Shown here piece by piece: positions 35,201-39,556 of a stretch of DNA of 39,556 nucleotides (positions are counted from its first letter, which is position 1; each line of letters opens with the position of its first letter). The position numbers and the translations under genes are program-made. The notes beneath the pieces were generated by a model. That model had not been told where the DNA came from, did no database searches, and was given only the letters and a program-made list of their open reading frames with translations. This DNA comes from Sphaeroforma arctica JP610 (Eukaryota), in assembly GCF_001186125.1 (NCBI RefSeq), contig NW_014040340.1, positions 8,829 through 48,384 of the forward strand, written 5' to 3'.

Positions 35201-36206
35201 TGCTGTCGTTCCTTGGTTGTATTCGTGTTCTTCTATTTAGCAGTAGTGTATGCTTTGCATCGTTCCTCTGGTTGCCTTATGTAGGGTAAATATTTTGGGA
35301 CGTAGCTGGGGTGCGCGAGCCTGTTGTGCCATGAAATCTGATTGGCTTTCACCAGCGATGGTTCCACTGTAGTCATAGCTATGTCGTCGATGTGCACATA
35401 GTATATTCTGTGTTTTTTTATATGTATTGTTATGGTTCTGAAGCTTGGTAGTAATATGTACATCATGCTGTTGGTGAATTCAAATGAGTAGTGTCGCGCT
35501 GAGAGTAGGCTGATACTTAGTAGTGCAGTTTTAAATGTTGTATCAATGAGTGCGTCCCCCAAGTTTCATAGCTGAGCCACATACTTCGGATAAATGATTG
35601 TACCATCAGCTACTTCGAGCGCATACCGGTCATTAATGCGCATGTTGCTGACGAGATGATGTTTGTGGTACTTATAGGGAAGTACGTGTATGGTGGCGCA
35701 GCTATCGCAAGCTAGTCAGTATCCACCTCTGGAATCTATATCTGACTGATCTTTCACCTCCTTATTGTCGATTGTAGGGTCAATTGTGGAGAATGCAATC
35801 TGTCTGTTTGCAGGTAACTGGTCATCAGATACTTGTGCTGACCTAGCTTTGTCCTGTTTGCCTTCATGAGCTTGGCGTCGATTGCTCTGGGATCTATATG
35901 TTCTGTCAATGTCTTGTGAATGTTGGATATCTCGTGAATATCTACCATCGTCGTATGCGTTTGTAAACATCCTTGTATCTAGGACATCCTGTTGATACTA
36001 AGCCTGATTGACCGGGTATTATGCCGAAACAATCAATGAGACTCGTTGAGTCGCTGTGACCTCCTTGAGATGACGATGGACATCCACTTGCCCTGAACTT
36101 TTCGACCTCATAGTTGAATAAGTTCATATCAAGGTCGACGGTTCGTTGCATATAGCGTATGGCTTCAGCGTGGGATTCGTCAGCTATTGTAATCCATATG
36201 TCCTAG
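32210..36206 (-). mobile_element. Degenerate Ty1/Copia retrotransposon 2, copy A (gag C-terminus - PR - integrase - RT - RNase H)
   Basis: Protease CDSCAT (about 35695). WHNRLAHPS. Integrase IIDDFS...TPQYHGKVER...MWAE...FGC...KLDDKA. RT PPRWVFKAK...QYDTPSAY...VYGLPPSG...VHVDD. RNase H ADSSFA...RRSTTG...STSEAEY...QDNKSA...KHVDLRYH...DFFTKPL. Internal inversion at 34730-35090. No MTase insert. Confidence 0.93.
34570..35130. repeat. Interleaved inverted repeats (160 bp and 40 bp) from an inversion with duplicated ends
   Basis: 34570-34729 is the reverse complement of 34931-35090 (one mismatch seen); 34730-34769 is the reverse complement of 35091-35130. Confidence 0.93.
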
Positions 36207-37249
36207 ACGAGGTGTGCTAACACTTGTACAGTTTGACAGGGAAGTTTACAATTGTTAATTCTGAACTCCCGGGTAAGAAAGCGAATCTCATGCAGAAGAA
36301 TTTTACCTTCTGAAAGTGTGTTGTATCGAGTAGACCCTAGCCAATGCGTTTCGCCAAAGTGAATAGATTAGTCGTTGGAGTTGTTGTAGAGAGATCGATA
36401 GATTCAATCGCGGTCATTATTACATGAACCCTTTTAAGTGTAATACCGTCGTGTGTCGAGCTTGGAGTAGTTGAATGCGAAGGTTGTGTGAGATAGACGC
36501 GAATGTTATATGGTAGGCTAGGTAGACCGGTAAACTGTCACCACGTACAAAGTGACTTTATTCATCCCACTTCAGAGGGTATTAGATGTATTGCCGGCCA
36601 TATGCTTCTACATGTAAGTATACGATATAGCCTTTATGAGGCGTCATGTGTCAATTACCTACGTGACACTTTGGCACCTGTCAGTCTTGTCCATGTACCA
36701 TCATTGGCACCGAACTGTAGTTATATCCGAAATAGTGATGATACATGACATATTGTTGATTTTGGCATACACAGAGAACGTCAGCAAACCAGCACTGGGA
36801 CAAACGACACGACTATAATCAGATACAATGAATGACAAGACTGCATGCATTTGATCGAGTACAAGCAGTGGACACGATACGGCCAGCTTGTGACAAACTT
36901 GATGAACATAATTATAACAATATAGGTTACAAATATCTTTATACAACGTGGACGTGAAAATCACGATATTGTAAGTCGGGCAGCAACTTTAAGTAGTCGT
37001 AGTAGGGAGTTCAATGCAATCTGGATTGCTAGCTATGTATATTTCGAGATGTGGAGCATATAATTGTTCTTGATAATGGAAAAGAATACGTATCTCGGAA
37101 GGCATGCATGCATAAAACAAAAATAGAGCTGTCAAAAGACCAAAAAGAAAAAGAAAAATGACGCTTATACAGCCAACAATTGACTAACTGTCAACGCGAA
37201 TGGAATACACATATTATTATTTATTACGTGAATCGAGAAATATTACAAA

Positions 37250-37333
37250 TCGTGGATAGTATAGTGGCTAGTATCTCCGCCTGTCAAATATAACAGACCG
37301 CGGAAGACCCGGGTTCAATTCCCGGTTCGCGAA
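37250..37333 (+). tRNA. tRNA-Asp (anticodon GTC) with a 12-nt canonical-position intron (37287-37298)
   Basis: Acceptor TCGTGGA/TTCGCGA, D-arm GTAT-AGTGGCTA-GTAT, anticodon arm TCCGC-CT-GTC-A-[intron]-C-GCGGA, T-arm CCGGG-TTCAATT-CCCGG, followed by a T9 terminator. Confidence 0.88.
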
Positions 37334-37466
37334 TTTTTTTTTGATACAAAGGGTAACACTTTGAATCGAGAACAAGGGTATCGTGCAGTTCAAATTATAC
37401 ATTGTGTTTTTCACAACCTTGGATGTCTGTATTATTAGTGATATTTTGGGATCACCTAGACGATAA

Positions 37467-37537
37467 TATCTAGTGGTTTAGTGGTATAATTGCCCCCTGC
37501 CACGGGGTAAACCCGGATTCGATTTCCGGCTAGCACC
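37467..37537 (+). tRNA. tRNA-Gly (anticodon GCC), possibly a pseudogene
   Basis: A box TGGTTTAGTGG, anticodon arm GCCCC-CTGCCAC-GGGGT, T-arm CCGGA-TTCGATT-TCCGG. The acceptor stem pairs only at positions 4-7 (CTAG/CTAG), and there is no adjacent T-run. Confidence 0.7.
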
Positions 37538-37672
37538 GATGACAACACTGTGTTTGCAGTTGTAAGGTCGCATGTAGATGAATAATCATTGATCCACGAT
37601 TTTACAGAGGGAACAGTTTAGCGATGACTGTGTATAAAATATTTTAAAGTCGGATTATCCAGGCCTTATTAG

Positions 37673-39556
37673 TGACTTAAGATGTACCATTCATCGAAGG
37701 TGTGTAACATAGCATCCAAAATTGTTGTCGCTTTCAGATCGCGGATCAGATACTCTTTGGCCATGCTAGAAAAATCGTCTATGATTGATATAGAGTGGGT
37801 GTTGGATCCTATTGACGTTACGAACGGTCCTATTATGTCCACGAAGACTAACTTGAGAGGCTCTGTAGCAGGTTCGTGCTGTCGTTCCTTGGTTGTATTC
37901 TTGTTCTTCTATTTAGCAGTAGTGTATGCTTTGCATCGTTCCTCTGGTTGCCTTATGTAGGGTAAATATTTTGGGACGTAGCTGGGGTGCGCGAGCCTGT
38001 TGTGCCATGAAATCTGATTGGCTTTCACCAGCGATGGTTCCACTGTAGTCATAGCTATGTCGTCGATGTGCACACAGTATATTCTGTGTTTTTTTTATGT
38101 ACTGTTATGGTTCTGAAGTTTGGTAGTAATATGTACATCATGTTGTTGGTGAATTCAAATGAGTAGTGTCACGCTGAGAGTAGGTTGATATTTAATAGTG
38201 CAGTTTTAAATGTTGTGTCAATGAGTGCGTCCCCCAAGTTTCATAGCTGAGCCACATACTTCGGATAAATGATTGTACCATCAGCTACTTCGAGCGCATA
38301 CCGGTCATTAATGCGCGTGTTGCTGACGAGATGATGTTTGTGGTACTTATAGGGAAGTACGTGTATGGTGGCGCAGCTATCGCAAGCTATTCAGTATCCA
38401 CCTCTGGAATCTATATCTGACTGATCTTTCACCTCCTTATTGTCGATTGTAGGGTCAATTGTGGAGAATGCAATCTGTCTGTTTGCAGGTAACTGGCCAT
38501 CAGATACTTGTGCTGACCTAGCTTTGTCCTGTTTGCCTTCATGAGCTTGGCGTCGATTGCTCTGGGATCTATATGTTCTGTCAATGTCTTGTGAATGTTG
38601 GATATCTCGTGAATATCTACCATCGTCGTATGCGTTTGTAAACATACTTGTATCTAGGACATCCTGTTGATACTAAGCCTGATTGACCGGGTATTATGCC
38701 GAAACAATCAATGAGACTCGTTGAGTCGCTGTGACCTCCTTGAGATGACGATGGACATCCACTTGCCCTGAACTTTTCGACCTCATAGTTGAATAAGTTC
38801 ATATCAAGGTCGACGGTTCGTTACATATAGCGTTTGGCTTCAGCGTGGGATTCGTCAGCTATTGTAATCCATATGTCCTAGGCTTGTAGCTTACGGCATT
38901 GCCCGATGGAATGCCCACGATTATTGCAGAATGCACAATTTCCTGTCGATATAGCTGCATGCACAACGTGCACAATGGTTGATGGGTCACTTTCATCTGG
39001 ATCCAATGGGATGAGGTACGTGGTGAGCTCATCATACGACATGGCCATCATAGCGGGTGTCTTCAACGTAATCGTAACAGTCTGATTATCGTCGTTTACA
39101 GCCTGCCGTAGAATAGCGCATAGGCTGTTGTTAGACTTCGTACCTCCGACGTTTTTGAATTTCACAAATGCCGTGTTGAGACGACTGATAAGGCTGGCGT
39201 AAGATTCGTTCCGTTCTTGCGTGATGCGGTTCAGTTTTCCTTCTAATGTCTGGATATCATCTTCGGTCAGGGCTTCAAACTTGTGTTTCAGTGCGGCAAT
39301 AGCTTCCCAGGGCTTATCAATGAATTGGCTGATCTCCGTTTGCAGCAGTGGAGATAAGGTGCGGTTGATAATCCGATATGCCCAGCGATTTCATTGGGTG
39401 TCCATCGGTTGCCTCTAGATGGGGTTGGATAGGTCAATATTGTTGGGATTACTTCACAATTCACGTATAGAATTGTCTGGGGTTTCCAAGGGAGCCAGTC
39501 GACCTTCGATTCGAGAATAGTGGTGGTCTTAATATCCTTAGAGTTCACAGTAGGCA
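37673..39556 (-). mobile_element. Ty1/Copia retrotransposon 2, copy B (gag - PR - integrase N-terminus; runs off the window)
   Basis: 37767-38881 is near-identical to 35091-36206, and 37673-37766 matches the un-inverted form of 34770-34863. It continues into gag with the knuckle CAFCNNRGHSIGQC and the N-terminal ILESKVDWLPWK. Confidence 0.92.

Noticed and set aside
34622..35284. 220-aa plus-strand ORF as an independent integrase gene
   Set aside because: It is a by-product of the inversion: sense integrase core flanked by antisense sequence.

Overview
Eukaryotic nuclear DNA with spliceosomal GT-AG introns full of (TA)n/(TG)n microsatellites and intronic minisatellites, plus two assembly gaps. 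The style suggests a protist, possibly a unicellular holozoan, but that is inference only. The left part is genic: a probable multi-exon gene for a poly-glycine-tract protein (about 0.2-4.4 kb), an intact 6-exon mitochondrial ClpP gene (8841-13588) and tRNA-Ile(AAT). A decayed DDE DNA transposase and an orphan ORF follow. From about 21.2 kb to the end lies a nest of degenerate LTR retrotransposons, all on the minus strand: Ty3/Gypsy pieces, two Ty1/Copia families and two related LTRs, with an island carrying tRNA-Asp and tRNA-Gly. The main result is that two different LTR superfamilies each carry a homologous DIRS/phage-Dam-type amino-methyltransferase domain (DLFAS...NPPW) inside pol. In the Gypsy it sits between RNase H and integrase. 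In the Copia it is inserted between the HH and CC halves of the integrase zinc-binding motif. A second notable signal is a covarying three-hairpin RNA structure conserved in two otherwise diverged LTRs. All family calls come from reading motifs by eye; no database searches were run.
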